Assembly: GCA_039189765.1 (NCBI GenBank) | Contig: JBCCYL010000006.1 | Span: 64,001 to 128,000, forward strand | From: Cyanobacteria bacterium P01_F01_bin.150 | Lineage (GTDB): Bacteria; Cyanobacteriota; Cyanobacteriia; CAKZMO01 | Direction of reading: 5' to 3' | Length of the DNA stretch: 64,000 nt | Shown here: in pieces, positions 8,640 through 19,466 of the stretch | Layout: every line of letters starts with the position of its first letter | How positions within the stretch are numbered: position 1 is the first letter of the stretch | Notes under the pieces: model-generated | Database searches by the model: none | The model's input: only the letters and a program-made list of their open reading frames with translations | Told to the model about the DNA's origin: nothing | Position numbers and translations under genes: made by a program

Positions 8640-9938
8640 ATGACCACTACCATACGACCGCCCGTCTTTGATCAGGGGGCTAGTGCAGAAGACTATCCGC
8701 TGAGTGCAGTCCCCCCCCGTGCGCGTAAATCTATTTACTCTTTGGCACCCATTTTAATTGGGTTCACATTATATTCAGGCACTCTCTTTGCCGGTGGAAT
8801 TGTGGGTCCTGCGGTTCAATTTTGGCCAAACTTAATCGGGCTAATTCTAGTAAGCAATCTGATTTTAGGGCTGTATGCTGCATTTCTTGGGTTTATTGCC
8901 GCAGAGTCTGGATTGACAACGGTGCTGATGGCTCGATTTAGTTTTGGGGATGTCGGCTCCCGCTGGGTTGATTTTATTCTTGGCTTTACCCAAATAGGCT
9001 GGTACGCCTGGGGTTCTGCCCTAATGGCAAAACTGTTAAATAGCCTGGCAGGCGTCCCCGAATCGTGGAATTGGGTACTCATTTTGTTTTTTACCTATGC
9101 CTGTTGCTCAACAGCTTACTTCGGCTATAAGGCAATGGACTGGCTCAGTCGCCTGGCGGTTCCTGCAATGGTGATTCTAATGGCCTGGAGTCTGTGGATT
9201 GCGGGAGGGGACGCGGGGGGATTTTCGGGTCTCCAAGCAACCGAGCTTGCTGAACCGATTCCGGCCAGCGCTGCCATCACGATTATTGTGGGTACCTTTG
9301 TGTCAGGAGGCACCCAGGCGACCAACTGGAGCCGGTTTGCTCGGTCAGGAAGTGCCGGTTTTCTGGCAACGCTCCTGGCTTTTTTCCTCGGTAATGGCTT
9401 TCTAATCTTTAGCGGAGCCTTTTGTGCCAAAGTCTATGGCAATCCCGATATTGTGGAGGTAATGGCACAACAGGGTCTATTAATTTGGGGTCTAATCCTG
9501 TTTTTCCTTAATATGTGGACCACCCAGGACAATACGATCTACGCCTTTTCCATTGCAGGCTCTAATATGTTTCGCACCCATAAACGCACGCTGTTTGTCC
9601 TAGGGGGAGCCACAGCAGCCCTAATGCTAGCCCTGGGCGGGATTTACGAAATGTTGGTGGACTACCTCATTTTACTAGGGACCTTTATTCCTCCCATTGG
9701 TGGAGTGATTATGGCGGACTATTTGATCCATCGTCAGGGCCAATTTCCATCCCTCAATCGTAGTCAGCCCGCATTTAACTGGTCAGGGATTGTAGCCTAT
9801 GTGGGGGCGTCGGCGATCGCCTACATTACCAGCCAAACATCATGGGGCATTGTGCCCATCAATGGCATTATCTCTGCGATTATTATCTACGTAGTTTTGG
9901 CCAAGCTGTTACCCCAAAATCGTGGCTTTATGTCTTGA
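8640..9938 (+). CDS. codB: cytosine permease (NCS1 family)
   Basis: Multi-TM protein with GFTQIGWYAWG, FVSGGTQATNWSRF, NMWTTQDNTIY and GTFIPPIGGVIMADY. Confidence 0.85.
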   Translation: MTTTIRPPVFDQGASAEDYPLSAVPPRARKSIYSLAPILIGFTLYSGTLFAGGIVGPAVQFWPNLIGLILVSNLILGLYAAFLGFIAAESGLTTVLMARFSFGDVGSRWVDFILGFTQIGWYAWGSALMAKLLNSLAGVPESWNWVLILFFTYACCSTAYFGYKAMDWLSRLAVPAMVILMAWSLWIAGGDAGGFSGLQATELAEPIPASAAITIIVGTFVSGGTQATNWSRFARSGSAGFLATLLAFFLGNGFLIFSGAFCAKVYGNPDIVEVMAQQGLLIWGLILFFLNMWTTQDNTIYAFSIAGSNMFRTHKRTLFVLGGATAALMLALGGIYEMLVDYLILLGTFIPPIGGVIMADYLIHRQGQFPSLNRSQPAFNWSGIVAYVGASAIAYITSQTSWGIVPINGIISAIIIYVVLAKLLPQNRGFMS

Positions 9939-9957
9939 GACCAACTCTACGCTCTAT

Positions 9958-11001
9958 TTATGAGCCTTCTGGGAAAAAAGCCGGATAGACAAAAGCAAAG
10001 GCCGTGCTGCTGGGAACAACAGTGCCATCGAGTTCTTCAACAATCACAGCTGATAACGCCTCATCCCAGCGGGCCACCACCGTCCGACCAGCAAACTCCA
10101 CCTCTTGAGTGCCGACCTGGCGTAATTCCTCATGAATAAACTGGTGACTGCTGCCTGAAAACTGATTGTGGGGCGTTTGCCCATCCGGTTCCCAAATATA
10201 GGAGGCGATCGCCTTGGGATGGTGGCGGAGGCGCTCCTGATTCCGAACCGGAAAAACAATCTGTTCGTTTGTGTAGTAGCTTCCGTAGGGGTAACCGCTG
10301 TAGTCTCGACTGTGGCCCGTGCGCGTAGACAAGATTTTGCTATCGGGATATTGCCTTAACCATTCCCCCAGGGTGGTTTTTACCGTGGGAACCCGATCCA
10401 GGAAATTATTCACGTTTGATCCCATAATCCCCATATTCCAAGGTTGGGAATAGAGGGTATCGTCAGCGCGATCGTACATCACCAGACAGCTCTGATAAAG
10501 CTTACCTGACACCCCAAAAGTAGTCTCACCTAGGTCAAAGGCCACAATGGTATCACACAAAGGACAGTAGGAAATGGCCACATTTTGGCCCCCTACCGTA
10601 TCATTCACCATCTCATGCCAGTTCATAATATTAAAGGGATAGGCCCTAGCATCGCCATCAATCACCACGCCGATCACTAAATCATCGGCCTTAAATGGCG
10701 TCGTTTGTGCCGTATCAAATTGCGGCGCATCAATACTAGGAATGCCGTCCTTGGGGGGTCCACCATTCAGCAATTGCTCCACCGCAATTCGAGTGGACGC
10801 CGTAAAGTCAGACTGCTGTTTTCGCAGATCGTCAAACTCTTGGTCCTGATTATGAAAAACCTGGGTTAGAGAATAGTAGCGCAGCTTAAAGTTGTCCCAA
10901 CCCCCGGCTTGGGCAATGGCCACTCCAAACAAGATTGGAACCATGACCATCGTTCCTAAACCAATGATTTGCAGCCGTTTTCTCAGAGTTGCACTATCCA
11001 T
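9958..11001 (-). CDS. DUF3179 domain protein with N-terminal TM anchor
   Basis: GGPPKDGIPSID, RAYP, WHEMVND, YCPLC, FGVSGKLY, LVMYDR. ATG at 11001 preferred. Confidence 0.85.
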   Translation of the reverse strand: MDSATLRKRLQIIGLGTMVMVPILFGVAIAQAGGWDNFKLRYYSLTQVFHNQDQEFDDLRKQQSDFTASTRIAVEQLLNGGPPKDGIPSIDAPQFDTAQTTPFKADDLVIGVVIDGDARAYPFNIMNWHEMVNDTVGGQNVAISYCPLCDTIVAFDLGETTFGVSGKLYQSCLVMYDRADDTLYSQPWNMGIMGSNVNNFLDRVPTVKTTLGEWLRQYPDSKILSTRTGHSRDYSGYPYGSYYTNEQIVFPVRNQERLRHHPKAIASYIWEPDGQTPHNQFSGSSHQFIHEELRQVGTQEVEFAGRTVVARWDEALSAVIVEELDGTVVPSSTAFAFVYPAFFPEGS

Positions 11002-11292
11002 AGGTCGCTTTCCTAATGAATAAAAAGAATAAGAGCCTACTGCGTCTTTAAGTTTTAATTTTGAAGTCAATCCTCTGGGATTTACTTCAATTCTTAAGTT
11101 TAAAAGAGTACTAATTATCAGTCTTATTTTGATCGTTTTACCCCAGTTCTTAGATTAGATGTTGCTGAGAATGCCCTAAATAGAGCGCGCACATGCTTAT
11201 GATGGAAAGCATCCAGAATTCTCCGCCGTTTTGTAAAGAAGCCGGAGTTTTTAGCCAATCTAGCTCTGTAATGTGTCACATCAAACTGCATC

Positions 11293-12072
11293 ATGCCCAC
11301 TCCATCTGTTATGTCCACTACCGCATCTTCCGTTCTTCCGACCCAATCGTTTAAGCATTTACTGCCACATATTTGCGTTATTATTCCAGTGAGAAATGAA
11401 GAAGAGTCTATTTCTAGCGTGGTCTCTAGTCTCAAAAAGCTGGGTCTTAAAACCATTCGGGTCGTGGACAATGGCAGTGACGATCGCAGTGCGTTTCGGG
11501 CCAAAGCGGCAGGGGCAGAAGTATTACCAGAGCCAAAACCGGGCTATGGTCAAGCCTGCTGGACAGGGTTACAAAATCTCCCCAAGGCCACGGAATGGAT
11601 TCTATTTTGTGATGGTGATGGCAGCGATGATCCAGACGATATTCTAAATTTTTTAGAGGCAATTTTAGAGGAACATCCAACGCCAGAATTTATCGTGGGC
11701 GATCGCCGTGCTACCGCAACGGGAAAAGCAGCCCTGACTCCTATTCAAAACTTTGGTAACGCCCTCGCGTCTACCTTAATTCACTGGGGCTGGGGGTTCA
11801 GATACCATGACTTGGGGCCACTTCGCTTAATTCGGCGCTCTGCATTAGAAGCAATGCAGATGCAAGACCGAGGCTTTGGCTGGACTGTGGAAATGCAAAT
11901 TCGTGCGGTGGAGCTTGGCCTTCACATTCGAGAGCTACCCGTAAATTATCGCCCGCGTCAAGGGGGACAGTCTAAAATTTCCGGCACCTTGTTAGGAAGC
12001 GTTAAGGCCGGCACCATTATCTTAAAAACCGTGGTTCAACGATATAGCAAAACCCTAGTCAAACAAATTTAA
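11293..12072 (+). CDS. glycosyltransferase family 2
   Basis: VIIPVRNEE, VVDNGSDD, GYGQAC, DGDGSD, GWTVEMQ. Confidence 0.9.
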   Translation: MPTPSVMSTTASSVLPTQSFKHLLPHICVIIPVRNEEESISSVVSSLKKLGLKTIRVVDNGSDDRSAFRAKAAGAEVLPEPKPGYGQACWTGLQNLPKATEWILFCDGDGSDDPDDILNFLEAILEEHPTPEFIVGDRRATATGKAALTPIQNFGNALASTLIHWGWGFRYHDLGPLRLIRRSALEAMQMQDRGFGWTVEMQIRAVELGLHIRELPVNYRPRQGGQSKISGTLLGSVKAGTIILKTVVQRYSKTLVKQI

Positions 12073-12109
12073 ATTTAAGACCTGTCAAAATATGGGCAAT
12101 AACTATTTT

Positions 12110-12838
12110 CTATATCATTTTCTGATAAACCAGATATGCGTTTTCAGAAGCCACCTCTTTCAACTGAAATCCACCAATTTTCATCGTACTTTCTAGCATT
12201 TGACCATGCAGCATTAAGAACTTATGACGCTCACTGGCCAGTAGTTCTTCTCGTTTTTTAAAAATATAGTCTTTTTCCCAAAAGTACATTTCTTTATCGT
12301 CTAGAGAAGAAATATAGCTTTTCTGACTGTAAACAATACTGTTACCAATGTCTCGCTGCTGATCCGCATCAGTCTCCTCTGATTGTATGCTCAGCACCAA
12401 CAAGCCTCGATTCACTAAATAATCGGCCAGATTTCTTAAGAGCTTAATTGTACCCTCTAAATTGGTAATAAAACTGTACATATGGTAATCATTATCAATC
12501 AGGTCAAAACCTAATGGACCAGCGTGAGAATAAACTATATCAAAAGATTCTTCCAGATCAAGTGATAGGACATTCCCTTCTAACACCCTAGCTCGATTTG
12601 CCAAACGAGCTTTACTCCGCTCTAACATAGCAGGACTATACTCTAATCCAGTCAAATCATAATTTGGATTGATATCGAGTAGTTTTTCCGCTAATAAACC
12701 CGTTCCCAAACCAATTTCAAGAACTTTTTTTCGAGTTTTAATAATATTGTTGAGAGAGTGAGCTGCTTGTGTGTGATTGTAGTACCCACTCTTCATCACT
12801 AAGTCATAATATTGAGCAATCGCATCATACTGCTTCAT
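12110..12838 (-). CDS. class I SAM-dependent methyltransferase
   Basis: VLEIGLGTG motif I, then GLEYSPAML. AT-rich gene. Confidence 0.85.
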   Translation of the reverse strand: MKQYDAIAQYYDLVMKSGYYNHTQAAHSLNNIIKTRKKVLEIGLGTGLLAEKLLDINPNYDLTGLEYSPAMLERSKARLANRARVLEGNVLSLDLEESFDIVYSHAGPLGFDLIDNDYHMYSFITNLEGTIKLLRNLADYLVNRGLLVLSIQSEETDADQQRDIGNSIVYSQKSYISSLDDKEMYFWEKDYIFKKREELLASERHKFLMLHGQMLESTMKIGGFQLKEVASENAYLVYQKMI

Positions 12839-12895
12839 TTTTTAGTATCCTTTCAAGGTTTATCATATTCATTATGATATTGCTCATAGAGCACA

Positions 12896-13825
12896 TCACT
12901 GCCAATCCTGAGGATAAAGAGGATCCATCGGAGACGACTTTAAGAGGACGCCCTCTGATAAATCGGAATTAATACAGATAGATACTTTAACGGGGCCATA
13001 GCGGGTACGTATCATCCCTTCAATTCGCTGAGAAATAATACGTGCAACCCCCATAAACTCAGGATGAACCCCCAGATGTAATTCTACAAACACGTACCGC
13101 CCCACCAACCCACGAGCGTTAGCTCGATAGCAATGACTGACTCCCTCTACCTGTTTAGCAATTTGAACTAAAACCTCAGGGGCGATCGCCACCTGTTCCA
13201 CCATAAACGGCAATTGCCAGTTAATTAGCTGCCAAACACTACCTCCCCCTATCAAGACCAACAAAATAGTGAGCACCGGGTCCAGCCAAATATATCCCCA
13301 GTGGACACCACTCAGCGCCAAAAAGACTACAATAGTCAACCATAGATCCCTGAGCGTTAGCTGAGCATTAAACCTTAAGACGGGCGATGCCAACATATGG
13401 CTACGATGACGTTTAAATATCACCAAGGCAAACATTACGACAATAATTGCAGCCAATATCTGCACGGCTTGCACAGTTAACAGTACGCTTCCCTGGTCTG
13501 AAAGCTCCAATGAATGAGCCGCCATGATCATCAGAGAAAATCCTGAAAATCCAAGAAAAGACATCACAATTAAGAGTCCCGCCATTTCTTGCTTTCCATG
13601 GCTCCAAACATTCTGCCACCCAAGCTTGCTCTTGGCAGTCAGAACTACCAGACTTAAAAATGTGCTGACACAATCAATTAAAGTATGGAGTGAACCCGCC
13701 AACACGCTCAATGAGTGAGTTGTCCACCCCAACCACAATTTTACCACGAGCACCATCAAGGTTAGCCAGAGCGACACAAAAAGCACCTGGTAGTTGGAAT
13801 AATGATGACTCACTTTATCAGGCAT
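12896..13825 (-). CDS. cation diffusion facilitator family transporter
   Basis: SLHTLID motif, about 6 TM segments, LDPVLT, and a C-terminal dimerisation domain (RARG...FVELHL). Confidence 0.8.
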   Translation of the reverse strand: MPDKVSHHYSNYQVLFVSLWLTLMVLVVKLWLGWTTHSLSVLAGSLHTLIDCVSTFLSLVVLTAKSKLGWQNVWSHGKQEMAGLLIVMSFLGFSGFSLMIMAAHSLELSDQGSVLLTVQAVQILAAIIVVMFALVIFKRHRSHMLASPVLRFNAQLTLRDLWLTIVVFLALSGVHWGYIWLDPVLTILLVLIGGGSVWQLINWQLPFMVEQVAIAPEVLVQIAKQVEGVSHCYRANARGLVGRYVFVELHLGVHPEFMGVARIISQRIEGMIRTRYGPVKVSICINSDLSEGVLLKSSPMDPLYPQDWQ

Positions 13826-13888
13826 AATGCATGGCTTGCGCTTTCAGAGGATAGGATAGCAGCTTATTGCAGTGATGGTTGGTTGTTT

Positions 13889-15199
13889 TTATGTTGAATA
13901 TGGATTATCCGGCAATAGCAGCATGGCGTCTCCAAATGAATAAAATCGATACTGCTGGGCGATCGCTTCTTCATACAATGCCAACAGAGTTTTCCGTCCA
14001 ATTAGGGCACTCACCATCATCATTAGGCTTGATTTCGGCAAATGAAAATTAGTGATTAAACCATCAATCACTCGCCACTGATATCCAGGATAAATAAAGA
14101 TATTCGTCTTCCCCTGAAAAGGTTTAAGAAGGCCATCTTGGGCAGCCCCTTCAAGTGCCCTTGTTGCCGTTGTTCCCACTGCAATCACCCGTCCCCCCCT
14201 AGCTTTAGTTTCCTGAATTTGAGCCACCGTTTCTTCAGGGACTTCAATCCATTCACCATGCATTTGATGGGTAGCAATATCCTCTACTTCCACCGGACGA
14301 AACGTGCCTACTCCTACATGGAGCGTAATAAATGCCTGTTTGACCCCCATTTCATCAAGCTGATTGAGCAATGATGGCGTGAAATGTAGACCTGCAGTTG
14401 GCGCAGCTACGGCACCAGGGCGATCGCCATACACCGTCTGATAGCGCTCCGGATCGACCTGATCATTAGAAATATAGGGCGGCAGCGGCACAGATCCCAA
14501 CTCCGGCAACACGTCCCAAAGCAAGAGCGATGAGTGATTTAAGGCCGACGGATCTAATGCCAGTAGCTCCCAGGGCTGAGGCATTGCGTCTAAGCCAGCA
14601 TCAGACAGTCCAGCAGCATCTAGCCCATACACCTCAAAATCAATCACTCGTCCCCCAGTTTGCTCATCAATTGATCGAATATGCCCCAAAACGATATGGC
14701 CACTGGCCGTAGGTCCAAACTGGATCATGGCTCCCGGCCGTAGACGTTTGCCAGGACGTACTAACGTCAGCCATTGATTATCCTCGTATTTTTCCAAAAG
14801 AAAAACCTCCACCAATGAAGGCGTAGGATTGGGGGGCGAGTGGGACGGCGATCGCTTATAGCCATACAGTCGCGCCGGAATAACACGGGTATTGTTAAGA
14901 ACCAGCAGGTCCCCTGACTTTAAGTAGTCAGGAAGATTAAAAAAGTGACGATGATCGTAGCTAAACTCAGCCCCAACGGTCGCCACATCAACGGTTGAAT
15001 CCTTACGGACTGGATAAATAGCTAGCAACCGAGAATGATCCCGAGGAGACACAGGAAACTGAGCAATAAACGCTTCTGGCAAATCATAGTCATAGGCGGA
15101 TAGCTGATCATCTCGTTGGCGACCCAACCCCTCACAGCCTCCATCATTTGCAGTACTGTGGGTATCATTCCAATCATTTCTTGGATTCTGCTGTGTCAT
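13889..15199 (-). CDS. queA: S-adenosylmethionine:tRNA ribosyltransferase-isomerase
   Basis: YDYDLP..FIAQ, NNTRVIPARL, PLPPYI, AAPTAGLHFT, TNFHLPKS, YRFYSFGDAM. Confidence 0.97.
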   Translation of the reverse strand: MTQQNPRNDWNDTHSTANDGGCEGLGRQRDDQLSAYDYDLPEAFIAQFPVSPRDHSRLLAIYPVRKDSTVDVATVGAEFSYDHRHFFNLPDYLKSGDLLVLNNTRVIPARLYGYKRSPSHSPPNPTPSLVEVFLLEKYEDNQWLTLVRPGKRLRPGAMIQFGPTASGHIVLGHIRSIDEQTGGRVIDFEVYGLDAAGLSDAGLDAMPQPWELLALDPSALNHSSLLLWDVLPELGSVPLPPYISNDQVDPERYQTVYGDRPGAVAAPTAGLHFTPSLLNQLDEMGVKQAFITLHVGVGTFRPVEVEDIATHQMHGEWIEVPEETVAQIQETKARGGRVIAVGTTATRALEGAAQDGLLKPFQGKTNIFIYPGYQWRVIDGLITNFHLPKSSLMMMVSALIGRKTLLALYEEAIAQQYRFYSFGDAMLLLPDNPYST

Positions 15200-15331
15200 A
15201 AATGAGTCTCAAATAGAACATAGGGGAAATACCCCCATCGCATTGCCAGGAATACGGGTGGACTTCCCCTATCGATTCACCCTAAGAAAAGTCAACATTA
15301 AAGGGTAGCATTGGCATGGAGTCTAAGAGTT

Positions 15332-15721
15332 ATGGATTATACTTACTACCTTGCAAATGCCAGTTTAACCTTGCGACTTGTTGAGTATCTGCACTCCACA
15401 TCTTGGCTTCCCGTCGATTTTATGACCGTAATTCATCAAATTGATGGGTGGGTTGTTCGAGTTCGATTAACAAAGACATTAGACCGAGTATACGCTGGTA
15501 ATTTCCAAGCATTTCTAAATGAGTTAGGCATTCCGTTTGAACCCACTGTCCGGGTTCGTATGGCCTGTTGGGGGTTAGAAACAGGGCAATCTGCCATAGA
15601 TGTCATGCGACGGTATCAAGTTGCCGTTGTTTCCCATGGTGCCCCCGATTCAAAAGAGATTGAGGCGTTTCGTCAGCAGTTTGTTCAAGGATTAGGGTAT
15701 TGTCCAGAAACACTGGCTTAA
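15332..15721 (+). CDS. conserved cyanobacterial hypothetical protein
   Basis: MDYTYYLANASLTLR...VIHQIDGW...GLGYCPETLA. ATG at 15332, divergent from queA. Confidence 0.75.
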   Translation: MDYTYYLANASLTLRLVEYLHSTSWLPVDFMTVIHQIDGWVVRVRLTKTLDRVYAGNFQAFLNELGIPFEPTVRVRMACWGLETGQSAIDVMRRYQVAVVSHGAPDSKEIEAFRQQFVQGLGYCPETLA

Positions 15722-15788
15722 TGCTAAATGTTCCTCAAACATCATTAATGAAAAAGATTTCTTGCGTTTTGGAGAATTCACATCGCCA

Positions 15789-16313
15789 CTACTCTACATC
15801 AAAAGCCCCTTGAATGTAGTGCTGGATTGTAAATTCAATCTTTTGATCATCTACCGTAGTCCAATCAGGCGTAGAAACACCGTTAAAAGTCTGATCAGAA
15901 CGACTATCAAGTGCTGTTAGACCTGAGTCCTGTGGACCTTTCCAAAAGGAGCCACAGGGCCTTTTTTCATAGCCGATCAGCGCTACATCAAAGCGGCAGT
16001 TAAAATTAGCGAAGCCAGCGTTTTCAGATAGGAAGGTCTGGGCAGCTAAAATCAGCTTTTGTCGCTTTTGAGGAGTAATGGACAATAGCCCTGACTGGTC
16101 CCAATTACCGTTGAACCTACCGCACCCGTTACCAGCATGCCTGACCTTAACCTCCACAAAGACAAGCTGCTGAGAGGGTGCTGGAGCCTGGACGATAATA
16201 TCAATCTCCCCCCACCGACAGTGCCAGCGCTGGGCAAGAATAATCCAACCATTTTGCTCTAGGCAATGAGCCACAAAGCACTCACCCAGCTCACCAATAC
16301 GCTGATTGGACAC
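15789..16313 (-). CDS. yraN: YraN family (UPF0102) protein
   Basis: GELGE, RWGEIDII, LVFVEVKVR, CRFDVA. Confidence 0.9.
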   Translation of the reverse strand: MSNQRIGELGECFVAHCLEQNGWIILAQRWHCRWGEIDIIVQAPAPSQQLVFVEVKVRHAGNGCGRFNGNWDQSGLLSITPQKRQKLILAAQTFLSENAGFANFNCRFDVALIGYEKRPCGSFWKGPQDSGLTALDSRSDQTFNGVSTPDWTTVDDQKIEFTIQHYIQGAFDVE

Positions 16314-16324
16314 AACGCTAGAAT

Positions 16325-16807
16325 CTACCCAGCTTTAACAGACTTCATTAGATTAGCTAATTCAATGGCAGACATGCCGTACTCCCATCCCTTATTACTC
16401 TTAATGCCAGCACGTTCTAATGCTTGCTGGAGCGTATCAGTGGTCAATATGCCAAAAATAATCGGCACCCCCGTCTGCATACTGGCGGCGGCTATGCCCT
16501 TCGAGACCTCTGCGGCAACATAGTCAAAATGGGGCGTTCCCCCACGAATGACGGCACCTATACAGATCACTGAGTCATAGCGGGACGTGAGGGCTAATTG
16601 CTTTGCTAACAGAGGAATTTCAAAGCTACCAGGTACCCAAGCATAGTCCACTTGGGAGCCATCAGGGTCAACATCAACACCATGACGCTTTAAACAATCT
16701 TGACATCCTGATAAAAGCTTACCAGTAACCAAATCATTAAATCGGCTGATAACAATTGCAAACTTCATGGAGCTTGCATCAGCAAACGAACCCTCAAAAA
16801 CCGCCAT
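16325..16807 (-). CDS. ribH: 6,7-dimethyl-8-ribityllumazine synthase
   Basis: [37 protein letters not shown]. Confidence 0.97.
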   Translation of the reverse strand: MAVFEGSFADASSMKFAIVISRFNDLVTGKLLSGCQDCLKRHGVDVDPDGSQVDYAWVPGSFEIPLLAKQLALTSRYDSVICIGAVIRGGTPHFDYVAAEVSKGIAAASMQTGVPIIFGILTTDTLQQALERAGIKSNKGWEYGMSAIELANLMKSVKAG

Positions 16808-16880
16808 ATGCTGTAAACGTAACTATCCAAACGTAATGTAAACAAACGAAATCAAAAACAGAATTTAGTTCTTTTGGCAA

Positions 16881-17072
16881 TTATGTAACTAAGTAGTTAA
16901 GAACGCCTACGACAATAACTAAGCCAGCCCAAACCACAGAACCCAATAATATTAGCTGCTTAGATCGGTCCCACCCCTGAGGAACTGCATACCCAATGGG
17001 TACACCAATTACCATGACAAAAGATAAGAGAACAAGAGCGGCCAATAGGACTTGAAACAGAATTGTTAACAC
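16881..17072 (-). CDS. psbZ: photosystem II reaction center protein Z
   Basis: [38 protein letters not shown] start at 17072. The psbZ-ribH order is typical of cyanobacteria. Confidence 0.95.
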   Translation of the reverse strand: MLTILFQVLLAALVLLSFVMVIGVPIGYAVPQGWDRSKQLILLGSVVWAGLVIVVGVLNYLVT

Positions 17073-17375
17073 TGTATTTACCCCCAGTAATGCAAACGTC
17101 GATTTGTACAAAAGCATTATACAAACCGTGATTTTCTAAGGCTGAATCATGAATTCAGGCGAAAATCAGTTAAACTCAATGCGCCCTTAAAGGACACTGA
17201 TTATAAAAACCCTCTATGTACACTATCAGAAATTGATGCAGAAATTGTTGGATTGCAGTTCGAATTTCGCATAACAATCTCAAATCTCAATTTAATGCAG
17301 CTAGAGTTTCCTATAAATGTACTGGAGCAAAAACGCCTGTGTCCTCACTACAGTGACTATTCTCAGACAACAATG

Positions 17376-19457
17376 CTAAGTGTTAGCCACTGGCAGGCTA
17401 GAGGCGGCACCCAGCAACATTTGAGTGTAAGGATGTTGAGCATTCGTAAAGAGCTCTGCGGTAGGCCCCATCTCCACAATCTGGCCCGAATTCATCACGG
17501 CAATGCGATCGCACAGAAACCGCGCCACCCACAAATCATGGGTAATAAATAGATAGGTGAGATCAAATTCGTCTTTGAGTTCAATCATCAAGTTCAACAC
17601 CTGGGCCTGGACACTCGCATCCAGCATGCTGACCGGCTCATCACAAATCAACAGCTTTGGACGGGTAATTAGAGCACGAGCGATCGCCACCCGTTGCTGC
17701 TGCCCACCCGATAGTTCGCCCGGATAGCGCGAATAATAAATCTCAACAGGGGTCAGCCCCACCCGCTCCATCATGGCCTGGACCTGGAGCTTCACCTTCC
17801 CTGGGGATGCTAGCTGATGAATGCGCAACGGATCGCCAATGCCCTCCCCCACGGTCATCATCGGATTGAGACAAGCATGGGGGTCCTGGAAAATCATCTG
17901 GATTTGTCGACGCTGCTGCTGCATATCAGCACGGGATAGCTGCGTTAAATCCTGGCCTAAAAATTCAACACTCCCTGAAGTCGGCTTAACTAGCTGCAAA
18001 ATAGTCCGCGACAGAGTACTTTTACCACAGCCCGACTCTCCCACTAAGCCAAAAATTTCCCCAGCCTGTAACTCAAAACTCACATCATCGACCGCTTTAA
18101 TCGTTTGAGTTTTTGCCTTAGAAAACAGCTTAGCAAGAATATTTTTCTCTAAAACATAATACTGCTTGAGATGACGAACCCGTAACAAGGGCAAATCACT
18201 ATCTACCTCAAGCGATGAACGATCATCAAACGGATCAAACGGGGCAATTCCCTCTGCTTCACCATCATAGGAGTGATCATTAGGTAAAAGAGGCTCACTT
18301 GGATAGTCACCCATCTCTGATTCCCAAGGATCTTCGTCCAACCAAGCAACATCTAACGTCTTGCTCTCTTCTCCTTCAGCCTCTTCTCCTAACATCTCTA
18401 TCGCCTCTATCGCCTCTGCCACATCTTCATCGCTTTCCCCATCAACCTCTTCTCTTGCAGTTTGCTCCCCTGTTCCCCTGCTCCCCTGCTCCTCTGCTCC
18501 CTTATCCCTAGCACTCTGCTGCAACTCCAGCGCCGCATCAAGCAGCGATCGCGTATACTCATGCTCAGGCTGAGTCAGCACGGTATGCGAATCTCCCAGT
18601 TCCACCATTTTGCCCTGGTACATTACCGCAATGCGATCGCAATATTCCCCCACTAATGCCAGATCATGGGAAATCAATATTAACGCCATATCTCGCTCCT
18701 CACACAGGCGAGTCAGTTCCTGCAAAATTTGAGCCGAGATCGTGACATCTAAACTAGTGGTGGGTTCATCAGCGACAATCAGTTTAGGGTCTAGCAGTAG
18801 GGCAAGGGCGATCGCCACTCGCTGGCGCATACCACCGCTAAATTCATGGGGATATTGGGTCCAGCGACTAGCAGGAATACTCACGGCGGCCAGGGTAGCG
18901 ATCGCCAATTGTTTAGCTGCCGAGCGAGACATCTTTGGTCGATGGGCTTGAATCGTCTCTAAACAATGCTCTCCAATGGTCATCAGCGGGTCCAATCGGG
19001 TCATGGGGTCCTGAAAAATCAGGGCAATGGACTCACCGCGAAATTGCCTCAATTGTTCCGCACCCAAGCTTAGGACCGACCGACCATCAAACTCAATGTT
19101 TCCCTGAATAATCGAGCCAGGGGGTAACAGACGCATAATTGCCCGCCCCAAAGTGGACTTACCACAACCCGACTCACCAACCAAGCCTAACCGCCCTCCC
19201 CGCTTTAGGCTAAAGTCCACATCCTGGACAGCCCATTGGATAGCATCAGCTTCTTCAGTTTCTTCCCCGGTCTCCCTGCCCTGTATAGACTGGGGATAAG
19301 CTAAGTTAAGATGATTCACCTGAAGCAGAACATCCTGACTCGATTCGGTGACAGACGTGACAGGCAATGATGGCGGTTCAGGCAAGTCAGAATTCATAAC
19401 ACCACTCATAGCGAGACTGGGTAAAGAGCAGATATGCATTGCTCCAGTGGTGGCCAT
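17376..19457 (-). CDS. peptide/nickel ABC transporter ATP-binding protein, fused double ATPase
   Basis: Two GESGCGKST Walker A motifs, SGGMRQRV/SGGQQQRV signatures, DEP and HDL. True start uncertain. Confidence 0.92.
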   Translation of the reverse strand: MATTGAMHICSLPSLAMSGVMNSDLPEPPSLPVTSVTESSQDVLLQVNHLNLAYPQSIQGRETGEETEEADAIQWAVQDVDFSLKRGGRLGLVGESGCGKSTLGRAIMRLLPPGSIIQGNIEFDGRSVLSLGAEQLRQFRGESIALIFQDPMTRLDPLMTIGEHCLETIQAHRPKMSRSAAKQLAIATLAAVSIPASRWTQYPHEFSGGMRQRVAIALALLLDPKLIVADEPTTSLDVTISAQILQELTRLCEERDMALILISHDLALVGEYCDRIAVMYQGKMVELGDSHTVLTQPEHEYTRSLLDAALELQQSARDKGAEEQGSRGTGEQTAREEVDGESDEDVAEAIEAIEMLGEEAEGEESKTLDVAWLDEDPWESEMGDYPSEPLLPNDHSYDGEAEGIAPFDPFDDRSSLEVDSDLPLLRVRHLKQYYVLEKNILAKLFSKAKTQTIKAVDDVSFELQAGEIFGLVGESGCGKSTLSRTILQLVKPTSGSVEFLGQDLTQLSRADMQQQRRQIQMIFQDPHACLNPMMTVGEGIGDPLRIHQLASPGKVKLQVQAMMERVGLTPVEIYYSRYPGELSGGQQQRVAIARALITRPKLLICDEPVSMLDASVQAQVLNLMIELKDEFDLTYLFITHDLWVARFLCDRIAVMNSGQIVEMGPTAELFTNAQHPYTQMLLGAASSLPVANT

Positions 19458-19466
19458 TATATCGTC

